The position numbers were made by a program, and so were the translations under genes. Positions 25,843-38,045 of a stretch of DNA of 64,000 nucleotides are shown one piece after another. The stretch spans positions 20,026,001-20,090,000 of the forward strand of contig JANJGN010000024.1 of the NCBI GenBank assembly GCA_026770705.1. Reading direction: 5' to 3'. The notes beneath the pieces were generated by a model. It searched no databases, was not told the origin of the DNA, and saw only the letters and a list, made by a program, of their open reading frames with translations. Each line of letters opens with the position of its first letter. Positions within the stretch are counted from its first letter, which is position 1. This stretch comes from Isurus oxyrinchus. Taxonomy: Eukaryota.

Positions 25843-27616
25843 ATGACCTGCTGAATCTATGCTTATTTAGGGTGAGAAAGGGAGGACCAAGAGAACTAGC
25901 CAATTTAATAATAAAATAGACAGTAGGTTTGCCAGCATTGAGAAAGGACTGCAGGTGAACACAATAGCTGGGAATGCTGCATCAATAATGACAATTTATG
26001 TAGTGCCTTTAACATTGTGAAAATGTCCTAAAGTGCTTCAGACAGACTTTTGACACCAAGTCACTTAAGGAGATATTAGGACAAACCACCAGAAGTCAAA
26101 GGGATAGGTTTCTAGGAGTGACTTTGTTCGGGGGAAATTAAATATATATATTAAAAAAGGAGAACACAGTAAGAATTTGCTGACCATACTTAAAATCTCC
26201 AGGCAGCCATAGATGCTAAACCTATTGACCGTTGAGGGTAAGCAGATGGACATTGCATACACAGAGGCTTAGAGTTTTTGTGTGATTTACACAGTTTCAA
26301 GAGATGAGCTAATGTCCAGTCACAGGGAGGACAATTCAAGTGGTGCAACGATGCAGTGAAGTCTTGAGAGCTGGACTGGAGATAAACATGACATAAAGTT
26401 AGATTAAGTGTACTCCTCTCTCAGATAGGGACGGGGCAGATGGTTTAAGCTTAGTTATGGGAAGATGAACAATAGACAAAGAGGGGGCTTTGATGAAACA
26501 CAAACAGTCTTGAGTTGTGAGAACCAAGGTCTTTGCATACGTGTTTTAATTTTGATTGGATAATATAATTATGTATACATCCTTTAGAATAATTGGTTAG
26601 CAAAATCACATGTTTATGAACTCAATAGGATAGTTTTAACCTGGGACCTGTGTGCCGGTTACCGATTGGATGAATTCAAATGTACTCAAATGTATCGTGA
26701 TAAGAAAAAGTACAAAAGTAATGAAATGTAATCAGTCTGGGAGCTGGGTCTTCATTCTTAGGAATGATTGCAGCTCCCTTGCATATGCTTGAATAAACCC
26801 AGTTAAAGGAAGCCTGAGTCTTTGTGGCCGCTGTGTGATCGGGGATAGTATCTGCTCCTCTTCAACTGGCCTATGTCGTAGTTGCTGGATTGGAGGGGGC
26901 ACCTTCTTCAGACTTAAAAGAAGGAAGAAAAGTAGAGAGGGGTTAGGGAGACAATTTTGCAGCTCAGGGCCTGGGCACCAGAAGACATGGCTGCCAATGG
27001 TGCAGTGCTGCAAGAGGCAAGACTTGGAGAAGCATGGGTTCAGAAGGGCTGGAGGAGATTACAGAGATGATGAGGGCAGAATTTGAAAACAAGAATGGGA
27101 ATTTTAAAATCAAAACGTGGCTGGACCAGGAGCCAGTGGACACAGGAGTGATGGGTGAATAGGACTTGGGAGTTATGGAGGAACAGAGTTTTGGGTGAGC
27201 TCAAGTTTACAGAAGGCAGGTGACTCACCAGGAGAACAATGGTGTTGTCGTGTCCATTGGGTAATGCAGATATGGATGAAGGTTCAGCATCATTATCCTA
27301 AGAGGTTGTTGGGTAAATACACTGCAGGCCAAATAAAATCAGTGTAGATTGCCACTTCTGATGGCATTCAGACACCCCCATCCATTTGGGCATGCCTGGG
27401 TTTTGAGAAAGGTCAGGAATTGACCTTGGTTGGATACTTCCATTCCCCTCAGATTCCTTGAATTCTTTTAATTCTCATTGGGCTTGCAGGTGAGGGATGG
27501 TCACTTTGAGTGAATGGATTTCAATTTCAGATTCAGCAGGGGTGAGTGGCAAATCCTCAACTGTTGACAAAGGATTGTGATATTTGATTTTTTGACTTGA
27601 CTGTTTTCCTTGGCAG

Positions 27617-27795
27617 GTTTTGTTCTATTTCAAGTCAATGTAGCGATTGAAGTTAACATTGGAAAGTTGCCAACGATTGAGGTATTGAATGGCACCGATG
27701 TCATACTCCCCTGTACCTTCTCCAGCTGCATGGATTACAAAGACTCCAGCTTCTGGTGGACATTCCAGAAAAACAGGACGGAAAAAGCAAAGGAA
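27617..27795 (+). CDS. SCN4B: SCN4B exon 2 (Ig V-set N-half)
   Basis: ttttccttggcag| acceptor and |gtgagc donor. Encodes IEVNIGKLPTIEVLNGTDVILPCTFSSCMD, versus human LEVSVGKATDIYAVNGTEILLPCTFSSCFG. Confidence 0.95.
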
Positions 27796-29019
27796 GTGAG
27801 CATTGCAACTTCACATTTCCCCCTTGCAACCACCACTCTTTGGCAAGAAATTTGCCTCCACCCTGAAATTTTTGTGGGTATTTTTGGGCAGTGGAGCTCC
27901 TATCGGTAGCCACTGTGTAATACCAAGGGACCCCAACTCCATGATCCAGTCTCCATGTCACCTGTCTCGCCATCGCAAGACTGCCTTTTGGAATCCTTCA
28001 CTTATCCCTGCTCCCCCTCTCCATAATCTCACTGTGTTAAAATGAAGACCCATTACCTGAATACAGTTTGTGGAACTCCTTACTTTCTTCTATGTTTCTC
28101 TTCCCTTAAATCCAGCACTTGGTTTTAACCAGGCATGATTTATGATTTATCTCCTCATCCTCCTATTACCATCCTAGGTGGTGTGTGCTGGCCTGTGATC
28201 CTGGGCCTTTCATCTGGTTCCTTGATAAAATAAACAATCTATGGAAAGCACGTTTGTCAATTTGGGAGATTTTTAGGAATAAGACTGAATTGGATGGGTT
28301 GGTGAGGTGAAATTCATCTCAGACAGTAGCCAATGGAGAGCACACTTTTGACTCTACCAAATTTTCTATCCCATTGGTCCCTCTGGGCTGACTAATTGTA
28401 CCTCAAGCACATTCATTTGAAACAAACATTAATATTGCAGTAATAATTCTACTCAAGGAAAGGAAGATAGGAACAGGGGTGCCATTCAGTCCCTTGAGCC
28501 TGTTCCATCACTCAATGGGATTATAGCTGATCTGTGATCTAACCCCATAAACACCTTTTCATAGTATCCCTTGATACCTTAACTAAAAATCTTCAATCTC
28601 ACATTTAAAATTTACAATTGATCAAACGTCAATTGCCATTTGTAGAAAAAAGGGTTCCAAACTTTTTCCACCCTTTGTGCGTAGAAGTGTTTCCTAACTT
28701 CACCCCTGAAAGGCTTTGCTTTAATTTAGGAGTAGATTAAGAGTAGTTTTTATTTCTGACATATTAACAAGACTAAGATAAAAATGTAATAAACAGCTTT
28801 AAAATCAATGAATTTTGAACATTTTCCTTCTGTCCGGTTCACTCTCCGAATTTTTAATGTTTCAAAGTAGATTTATTTTAATTTTTAGATCAAGCCCATT
28901 GCTTCTGACATTTTTTTAAATCTAAAAATCACTTTGGAGACTGCCACTTTCCTTTCACTCCGTCTTTGTTCCTCCTGTGCCTTTTGATGGATGTTGGGTG
29001 TGGACAAAGTAATGCTGGC

Positions 29020-29852
29020 CTCAGCAGCTGAATAGCCTCCTGAGTATCACTGGGTGAGCTGGCCATTCTTCAGTGAGCAGTTGCCAGCATGGAAACAGAG
29101 ACAAAGGGCAAGATTCCCCCATGGGCTCTGAGACCCCTTTGTTGGGAGAAAATAGAGGCCCCCATGCCCACATTTGACAGCAGGGAGACAAACTCACCAG
29201 CCCTCCTGGAGTAGACTCTTGATTGACTGCCTCTGTTCCCATCATCTACTTGTGGGCCCTCGATGCTGCCAGCCAAATCAGAGAGCCAGCGGCCCTGATG
29301 CCTTAGCTGCCCCCTCAGGAAGAGTTGGGTGCTGCTGAGGCATGTTGGAGACCATGGGGGCACCTCAACATGGAGGTGCCATGGGATGCATGAATTTAAA
29401 ATTAAAATTATAAAGGCTCAAGCTGCAAAGCCTCTGTGAGTGGAGGGGAATCCTCTCTGGATGAATTGTTTGGGCCACAGGCCCAAGCGGCTGCAGCCCA
29501 CTCACTGGGGCATAGAAACTTCAGCCATGGTGTCTCCCTGGTCTGCTAAAAGGAAGCCACCTCGATTGAGCTGGCAGCCTCCCCATGCTGCAGGCATGGG
29601 ATTGGGGTTGGGGGTTTGAAGGGCATTATTCAGATGGTGGCAAAATGTTGTGAGGCTGCAAAATGGTCATTGGCATCTTAATCAGCTGCCCACCTGCATA
29701 TTGTGAGGAGCTAAACCAACTATCACTCACCCTTGTGAAAGTGCCCTGGCTGCAGGAATCTACTGGGGTGAGGTCCCAACAAGCCTCCTCTCTAAATTCC
29801 CTGTCCCGCTGCCACCATGTTCAACTTCGTAGAGCTGGGAAAATTCAGCCCT
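29020..29852. mobile_element. Degenerate Harbinger-type non-autonomous element (right end only clear)
   Basis: Ends ggggaaaattcagccc (rc GGGCTGAATTTTCCCC). GC-rich body; left end uncertain. Confidence 0.45.
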
Positions 29853-30293
29853 AAACTTTTAACAGAAAAGAAGAGAGAGCCAGCAGAGCTTCAACGTTCA
29901 GATGAGATGTTACGCTAAGGCCCTGTCTACCATCTCATGGACATAAAAGATTCCTACCACCACACCTCAAAGGAGAGCAGGGGAGATATATCCAGTGTCC
30001 TAGGGCCAATATTTAAACCTCAGCAAACATTATTATAACTAAACTATTTCACCATTATCACCCCACTGGTTGTGGGAGCTTGCTGTGCACCAGTTAGCTG
30101 CCACATTTCCTACCTTCCAACAGTTCCAAAAATATATTTCATTGGCTTTGAAGTGCTTTGGGGAATCCTGGGTTTGTGAACAGCTTTCCATAAATACAAG
30201 TCTTTAGGGTTGGGTAAAGTGGCAGGTGGATGGCAGAGAATAAAAATGTTTTTTCAAAAATAAATTTTCTAACTATGATTTTTTTCTGTACAG

Positions 30294-30513
30294 ATTATTC
30301 AAATTAAGCTAAACGATAAGAGGCCCCAGGTCACTTCACCCGACGAGGAGAGCAGGTTTACGCTTATTGGGGAAATTAAAGATAAGAATATTTCCCTTTT
30401 GCTGACAGATGTGGATTTTGAGGATACAGGATTGTACACTTGCTTCTTTAGAAACCCACAGGAAATGAATCAAGAGGCTAATGCGACTCTACAACTAATT
30501 GTTGTCAGTGAAT
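30294..30513 (+). CDS. SCN4B: SCN4B exon 3 (Ig V-set C-half)
   Basis: tttttctgtacag| acceptor and |gtgagt donor, 220 nt, phase 0 to 1. Encodes ...KNISLLLTDVDFEDTGLYTCFFRNPQE...ATLQLIVVSE with the Ig D-x-G-x-Y-x-C motif. Confidence 0.95.
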
Positions 30514-30839
30514 GTGAGTGTCCTGATATTATTGAAAGATTTCCCATTTAAAATTTCTGACTAGTGGGAGACATCAGAAGCCCCCAACTTTGACAACGGC
30601 CACCTCCTCGAATGAATGAGTCTGCCTCATTCTACCTCATTCTATCTCAAGCAGGGTTCGATAGGGGTAGATGTAGAGGAGATCCTTCTCACTTGTGGGG
30701 GAGGCAGGGGTGGAGACCAGAACTAGGGGTTCCTAAATATAATAGTCACTAATAAATCTAAAGTAAATTCCAAGGCAACTTTATATTCAGGTGTTAATAG
30801 TGTGTTAATTATATTATTAATTTACATAGGTATAGATCA

Positions 30840-31320
30840 TTATTTTAATTAAGTACCTGGAGCACTTATAAAAGAGAGTTAGGTTCCTTTAAAACTCTGT
30901 TTTCGTTACAGTGCCCTTTAAGGGGCTATCAATTGGTCTAATTGGCTTTTTAATTGGTTAATTAGTTAAATCGGTACTCAAAAGAGTATAAAGAGAGACT
31001 TAGCTCCCAAAAGAGCATTTTATTTTAATTCGATAAGATACCTTTATTTAAAAATAATCTCCTTTGTTACCATGCCCCATTAAGGGGCTGTCAATTCGAT
31101 TAAATTGTTTAATTGGTCTGGTTTAATTCATGAGTACTCAATAGAGTATAAAGAGAGACTATGTTTGAGGCCTTCCGTGACCAGTGGGCATCATGGGGGC
31201 TGGAATACTTCCTCAGTCCCCAAAATAACATTTTAATTTAACTTGATAAGATTCCTTTAAAAATTGTCTCCTTTTTTACAGTGCTCCTTTAAGAGGCTGC
31301 CACTATAATTTGATTTTGTT
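30840..31320 (+). mobile_element. Head-to-tail stack of retroelement 3' ends (possibly Tx1/L1 clade)
   Basis: Repeated ttacagtgccc.tttaagggg(c)t ... gagtataaagagagac units of different 5' length. The longest includes an ORF end, FEAFRDQWASWGLEYFLSPQNNILI*. Confidence 0.5.
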
Positions 31321-32009
31321 ATTGGTTTTCTTTCCCCTTGTTAGTTAGGTTTACCAGAAGAGTATAGGGACTGCTGGGACGCTGGGGTAGTAGATAGGAA
31401 GCAGATATATGTAATGCTCTAATTCTGTGGAGAAACCTACTATCGAGAAAAGTGTTAGCATCTAGTTTCATACAACACCAACTGGCTTTGGATGGAACAA
31501 ACACCTGGGAATGGAATTTGCTATCAGATGGAGTAAGTGAGGCAAATTGCATAGATGCATTTAATGGAAGGCTAGTTGAGTGAATGAAGGAGAAAGGACT
31601 AGACCGTTTCGTTGATCGGGTGAGATGGAGGAGGCTCGTGTGCAGCAAAAACACCAGCTCATTGGACTGATGAGTCTGTTTTTGTGCAGTAAATTCTATG
31701 CAATTGCCCGACAATCCATTCTTTCTCCTGAGACATACCACAGCGTCTCTGATGCTGACAGGGATTCTTAGGATGCAAGTGGAGAGTCAGAGTTATAATT
31801 TTATAGCTTTATCTACAGCCCACACTCAGTTCTAGTAGGGGAATGTAATAGCAGTCTTGATCTGTAGAGTGGATCTTCACCTATCCCTTTCAGAATATCC
31901 CTGAGAATTCAGTCGCCAACTCAATAAGCAGACTCTAAATAGATGTTAAAATATTGCACATTTGGGTTTAGATTAAAGTTACTTTTGAAGTATTTGTTTC
32001 CCATTGTGT

Positions 32010-33350
32010 AGCCTCTGTATCCCACTGTCTTTCTGTGTCTCACTATCCCTGTGTCTCTCTCTATTCTACCCCTCTATGCCCTGTGTCTGTGTGTCTATTC
32101 TGCCCCCAACCCCTGTATGTCTCTATTCCCTACTCTTTGTTTTTCTATACACCCCATTGTGTTTCTAAACCCTCCTATGTGTCTCTATCTTCATAGGGGT
32201 GCCTCTCTTGTGTGTATCTACTGCCCCTCTGAGAATCTATTTCCATTTTATGTCTCCATGTTCCCCTATGTTTGTCTATTCCCCTTCAAAGCCTCTGTAC
32301 TCCTGTGTCTCTCTCTCTCTGTCTCCCATGTGCCTCTATTCCCCCTATGTCTTTCCCTATCCGTTTGTGTCTCTGTCCTCCTGCATCACTCTATCTCTAC
32401 CCTTCATGTACCAACCTTTTATGTCTTATCCCTCTTTTTTTTTTCCTGTGGCCTCAATCTTAGCTTCCGGGCACCTTCCATATGGAGGAGTGGAGTTAGG
32501 GACAGGATATCGAAGTGTGGGTTTCTCCCATCATGTCGAACAGGAAAGCAGTGGCACAAGGCCACAGCTGACCTTGAAGCAGGAAGTTCCAGTGAGTGGG
32601 AGGGTGGGGTGCAGGAGAGATGATCTTGGTGGGAGTGGCAGGAGTGGGGTCTGATTGCAGGGAGGTGGGGATGAGCAGACAGATCGCAGATTGTGAGGGT
32701 ATGGTTTACATGGTAAGCTTGTTGAACCTTAAGGAAACATTCCTATCCCTCATGACCCACAAGCAACGCTATAAAGGCACTTGTAAATGGATTGAGCTCC
32801 TCACAGCTCTTTTCACCTGAGTTTCATGAAGCCTTGGAAACATGGCAAACTGTGGTTAAAAATGGAATCACCATTAAAGTGAAAGACAGCAAGCCTCATT
32901 AAAATATTTAAATAACCAGCCCATCTCCTGCGAGTGTATTGGCTGTCTATCCTTCATTCTACCCCTGGTAAAACTGGAATTTAGTTCCTGTCTCATTTTT
33001 TAGTTTTTTAATCTCAGCCAGTCAAACCAGACCCACTTGATGGTGAGGCATAACATTCCCCCTATCTGTTGATATCCCCACATGTCTCGATATCCCCGTG
33101 TGTCTCTATATCCCACTGTTCCCCTGTGTTTCTGTATATTCCCTGTGGTTCTGTATATCCCAATGCGTGTCTCTATACCCCTGTGTGTCTCTCTATATCC
33201 CACTGTTCCCCTGTGTTTTTATATATCCCAGTATGTGTCTCTATATCCCCGCCTGTGTCTCTATATCCCACTGTTCCCGTATTTCTGTATATTCCCTGGA
33301 TGTCTCTATATCTCCATGTGTGTCTCCATATCCCAATGTTTCTCTACATT
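32010..33350 (+). repeat. Two degenerate pyrimidine-rich tandem arrays (32010-32440 and 33070-33350)
   Basis: Repeated ctatatccc.actgttcccctgtgtgtct-like units. Confidence 0.8.
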
Positions 33351-33461
33351 GTTCCGCCATTTGTTTTCACTGTTATCCCACTGTAGCTTAGCTATTTTAT
33401 TATGTATCCATCTAGTGATTTCCACTGTACTAATTTCTAAAACTTTCCCTTTGTGTTGCAG

Positions 33462-33591
33462 TGGTAGAAGTGGACAATACACTGACATTGATCATTCTCT
33501 CTGTTGTCGGAGGGGTGATAGGATTCCTCATTCTAATATTTATTATTAAAAAGCTTGTAAAATTTATAATTAAGCAAGTTGGAAAGAAGAA
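33462..33591 (+). CDS. SCN4B: SCN4B exon 4 (transmembrane helix and juxtamembrane peptide)
   Basis: ttgtgttgcag| acceptor and |gtaagt donor, 130 nt. Encodes VEVDNTLTLIILSVVGGVIGFLILIFIIKKLVKFIIKQVGKK, versus human EEVDNTVTLIILAVVGGVIGLLILILLIKKLIIFILKK. Confidence 0.96.
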
Positions 33592-35176
33592 GTAAGTAAG
33601 ATGCAAATATACAGAAGATTATTATTTTTAAAAAACATTTTAAAGCAAAAGTTTGTAGAATGAGAATATCAACTAGCTGATTAACTGTAACATGCTCTGA
33701 TATACCTCATACCACTCACTCGAATAGTTGCCTTTAGCTTGATCATCGTTCTATGCATTATCCTATATTGATTTTTTTTAAAAAAAACAACAGTGATTCA
33801 GTCATTGGTCAGGATACACCAACAATGGCACATGTCCTATCATTCGGTGTAGAGAGAGCATTTCATTCTTTGGTTATCTAAGAGATATCAAGGACTGAAC
33901 AAGATACAATTCACAGTGTGTACTGTTATACATATATATATATACTCTGCTAATTCTATGCAAGTAAGAATAATAAGATCCTTCATACGATCACTAGAAA
34001 TATTACTCATATCTAAGGTTTCAGCTTTGTAGTAATACACTTTCACTTAATATGACACAACTCATTTCAGTATTGAATTATAATCCATGTATGACATGAA
34101 TATGTCCATATGACAGAGTAACGAGGATTGATTGTGCACTGTTGTTGTCTAGAGCCTAAATGATTTTAGAATTGAGCCATAAAAATCTTACCTGATCAGG
34201 TAGCATCTGAACAGCCTTGTTTAAACCATGCTTCTCAGTGGGAGCGGTGTCTTATCTTCAGGGATTTGTGGCTTGTCAACAGTCTTTCTGATTACTAGCT
34301 GACACTTTGCATGCAATAATATTACTCTTGCCCTTCAAGTTTATACATTATTGCATCACTCTCGGATTTCCCACTTCTACATTCAGGCATAATATTTTTC
34401 ACCCTCTTCCGCTCCCCCAGCCCCCACCCCTCACCAGACACTTTGAGTTTGTTATTTTTTATAATGTCCAGACTTGGCTAAAACTGTAAATGATTTACTT
34501 GCTTAATTGTTAAATTCCCGATGTGTGCATCATTTTATGTCTGACACAAGCGGCCATGGTCCATCAGAGGGCAGGATCTTCCTGTGCCAATCACGCAAAT
34601 CTGAATCCTGACCACCCCCTCCTTTTCCTCATCCAATCCTTCAGCCATGGCCTCACCCCACCAGTTAATTTGCTCCCCTTATCATTGTTTTTTTCCCTGC
34701 TTGTATCCCTCTCTGCTGTGTCTCCATGCGCAACACTCTCGCCTCTGAGTCATGGGGTCACGTGTTCAGGATCCTCTCCAGAGATTTGAGCACAATATCC
34801 ACGCTGACACTCCAGTGCTGTACTGAAGGAGTGCTGCACTGTCTGAGGTACCGTCTTTCAGACGAGGCATTAAATCAAGGCCCTGTCTGCCCTCCCGGGT
34901 GGCCCTAAAAGATCCCTTGGCACTACTTTGAAGAAGAGCTGGGGAGTTCTCCTTAGCAAACCTGGCCAATGTTTATCCCTTAATCAATATCACTAAAAAA
35001 AAACATATGATATGGTCATTTTTACATTGCTGTTTGTGGGAACTTGCTGTGCACAAAAGGTGCTGTCATGTTTCCTACGTTACAACAGTGACTAAACTTT
35101 TAATTGGCTGTAAAGCACTTTGGGAAATCCTGAGATTGTGAAATGCAAGTCCGTTCTTCTTATTTTTTTGAAAATA

Positions 35177-35341
35177 GGCCCAGAATTTCCTGGTAGCTGT
35201 TTCCACTGCATTGCTGTACCTTCACCATAAGAGGTGACAGACACATGGCCCTTGCCGCTCCTCCATTCAGTGGAAGCTACGATGTCGTTATGCTGCAGTT
35301 ACCACAGCGCAATGAAAGCAGCTCTGAGGAAATTCAGGACC
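35177..35341. mobile_element. Short palindromic MITE in SCN4B intron 4
   Basis: GGCCCAGAATTTCCT and (rc) GGTCCTGAATTTCCT termini with extended internal inverted homology. Confidence 0.7.
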
Positions 35342-35461
35342 GAAGCGTTTTAACTGATTGATGCTGCATTTGCTTGTTTGTATCCCCGTAAGAAAAGTGT
35401 TTACTGTATAACACCAGTGGGTAGCTGGTTCTATTCATGGTGCTTGCTGTGGTCTCTTTAG

Positions 35462-35549
35462 GAAGGAGTGCCTGGTAAACTCCTGTGCCAACACTGAACG
35501 TGGACATTACGGTTCCAAAACCGACCTCAAAACCCCAACAAAGGCTTGA
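35462..35549 (+). CDS. SCN4B: SCN4B exon 5 coding part (KECLVNSCANTERGHYGSKTDLKTPTKA*)
   Basis: tctctttag| acceptor with matching phase 2. Resembles human KECLVSSSGNDNTENGLPGSK. TGA at 35547-35549. Total CDS 705 nt = 234 aa plus stop. Confidence 0.93.
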
Positions 35550-37134
35550 AGATTGCACCGATTTTAGCATCAGTGCTTAAAGACATGTGCCGTGCCTATA
35601 CAAACACTAGCGGGTACACACAGTTTATAAGGTAACCTTACTACACCTGCAACAGGATGGGGGAGGGGAGGGGACGGATCGTATACAGATTGCACGGGAG
35701 ACTTGGGCCATCAGTGCGACCATTTTGAGACACCACAGTTATGGACTTAAATTCATTTCCGACTGCCCAGCTCACACGTACTATCTACCTCTCCCTTCCC
35801 CAATCCTCGGTACTGTCATATCATGCTCTGAGATGCTAGGGCATGCAACTTATCTGCCTTGCAGCATGCACATTCTGTTCATACAGAGATTGACACCAGC
35901 TGAGTAGCACCAGACTTGTATCGCATGTTGCCTTTTACCCAGTGTGTTACTGGCCTTTTTGACTCCTTCCTTTTGGTTTGGTGTCCCCTAGAGAACTATT
36001 GGCTCTCCTGTACATCAACTGAAGTCAATAACTAGCTAAACCCCATTAGTAAATCATCACTTGTCTCCTGACTAATCCAAAATTGTGCTGGGCAGCCCCA
36101 GAGGCTGGTGTGAACTTGAAGTGACTCTGGAACAGCTCTGTCACTGTGCTGTTGGAAAGATATTGAGGGACTTCTTCTGTTGCAGAGAGGTAACTAGCTA
36201 AAGCAGGCATATGATGATTAGATAAGCTTTTTACCATTAATTTCTGGTAGCTGCTTGTGGGGAAAAATTTCCAACTCATCTTGGCTCAAAATCCTGAAAC
36301 TCCCTTCCTAACAGCACTTGTGGGTGTACCTATACCACAGTGACTGCAGCGGTTCAAGAAGGCAGCTCACCACCAAATTCTTAAGGGCAACTAGGGATGG
36401 GCAATAGATGCTTGTCTAGCCAGCAATACCCCCACATCCAATAAATGAATTTTAAAAATTAACTGAGATTCGTTTACAGCTAACTCATTTAAACTGATCA
36501 GCTGATGATAGTTACAGCTGTGGTAACCAGTACAAGACTAATTCCTACTGTGAAGGGGAACTATCAGGGTCATTCCAGGTGTATTATAAGGGTTCATCTC
36601 AGGAGAGTCCACTCCGAGCCTGGAGCATGGGTTCCATGAGACTGTAGATTGGGCACCAGCCACAGATGCCAGTGTCCCTCACTCATAATGTTTCTCATTC
36701 TCTGGTCATTGCACCTAACTGGGAGTAGAGTGTTGTAAAGGTTACCCTGTAATAGAAACATAGAAAGTCTTACAGCACAGAAGGCCATTTGGCACATTGT
36801 GTCCCATCTTCCAGCTCTTGGTCCATAGCTCCGTAGGTTCAGGCACCTCAAGTATATATCCAAATCTTTCTTTAAATGTAATCAAGGCTTCTGCCTCAAC
36901 CACTCTTTCAGGCAGTGAGTTCCAGACTCTCACTATTCTTTAGCTGAAAAACTTACTCTTCAAATCCCCTCTAATCCTGCTATCAATTAGTTTAAGCCTA
37001 TGACACCTGGTTATCAATCTCTCTGTTAACGGAAATGGTGTAGGTTTTGGGTGCCAGTGGCAAAAAGCCCCAGTGTACTGGCATAGTTGCCACTCACACC
37101 TCAGCCAATTCATTGGCACAAAACCACATCATCA

Positions 37135-38045
37135 GCGTAGGCACAGAAGGAGGCCATTCAGCCCCTCAGGCTTGCTCAGCAACTCAATTAAATAGTGATT
37201 GATTTGTATCTGTAACTCCACCTACCCATCTTTGCTGCATTGCCTTTGATTCCCTTCCCTAACATTAAAACCTCTGTTTCTCTCTCCACAGATGCTGCCA
37301 GACCTGCTGAGTTTTTCCAGCACTTTCTGTTTTTATTTCAGATCTCCAGCATCTGCAATATTTTGCTTTGAACTAGTTACGTCTCCCTGCCCGACCAGGG
37401 GAAATAGTTTCTCTCTATCTACCTTATGAAATCCTTTATCACTTTAACGACCTGGATCACACCTCCCCTCAATCTTCCAAACCCAAGGGAATACAAGCCA
37501 GGTTTATTGAATCTGTCCTCAATATTTCAATCCTTTTAATCCTGGTATCTTTCTGGTGCATGTGCACCACACCCCCCACCCAGGACCAATATATCCTTCC
37601 TGAGACACAGTGTCCAGAACTGAACACTGTTACTTCAGAAAGAGCGTGACTAAGGCTCTGTTCAACTGAAGTAGAATATCCCTTTGTACTCTGACCGCCT
37701 TGAGATGAAGGCTAACATTCTTGCTCGGCATCTCAATTAAGTAGCGATTGATTTGTATCTGTAACTTCACCTACCCATCTTTGCTGCATTGTTTTGATTC
37801 CCTTCCCTAACATTAAAATCTCCATTGTGACAATTTTAATTGACCCCGCCAGCATTTACAGCATTTTGGGAAGAGAATTCCAGGTCTCCACTACCTTTAC
37901 GTGAAGAATTGCTCCCCGATTTCACTCTTGAATGGCCTAGCTATAATAATCTGGTTATGTCAGTTCCAAAAGAGTCGTATTGGACTCAAAACATTAGCTC
38001 TGTTTTCTGGTCTTTATGATCATGTCTTGTATCTGCCCATTTTAG
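37135..38045 (-). mobile_element. Rearranged CR1 3' fragment containing Penelope-like tail pieces
   Basis: A ~100-bp direct repeat (37171-37270 and 37720-37818), with CR1 and Penelope-like segments in swapped order. Confidence 0.65.

Noticed and set aside
25361-25919. GC-rich ORFs of 134-180 aa or a CpG-island promoter
   Set aside because: They lie essentially within a TIR-bounded MITE, and the openness reflects GC content.
32051-33400. Long hydrophobic, Cys/Pro-rich ORFs up to 190 aa
   Set aside because: They are translations of low-complexity tandem repeats. The real exon starts at 33462.
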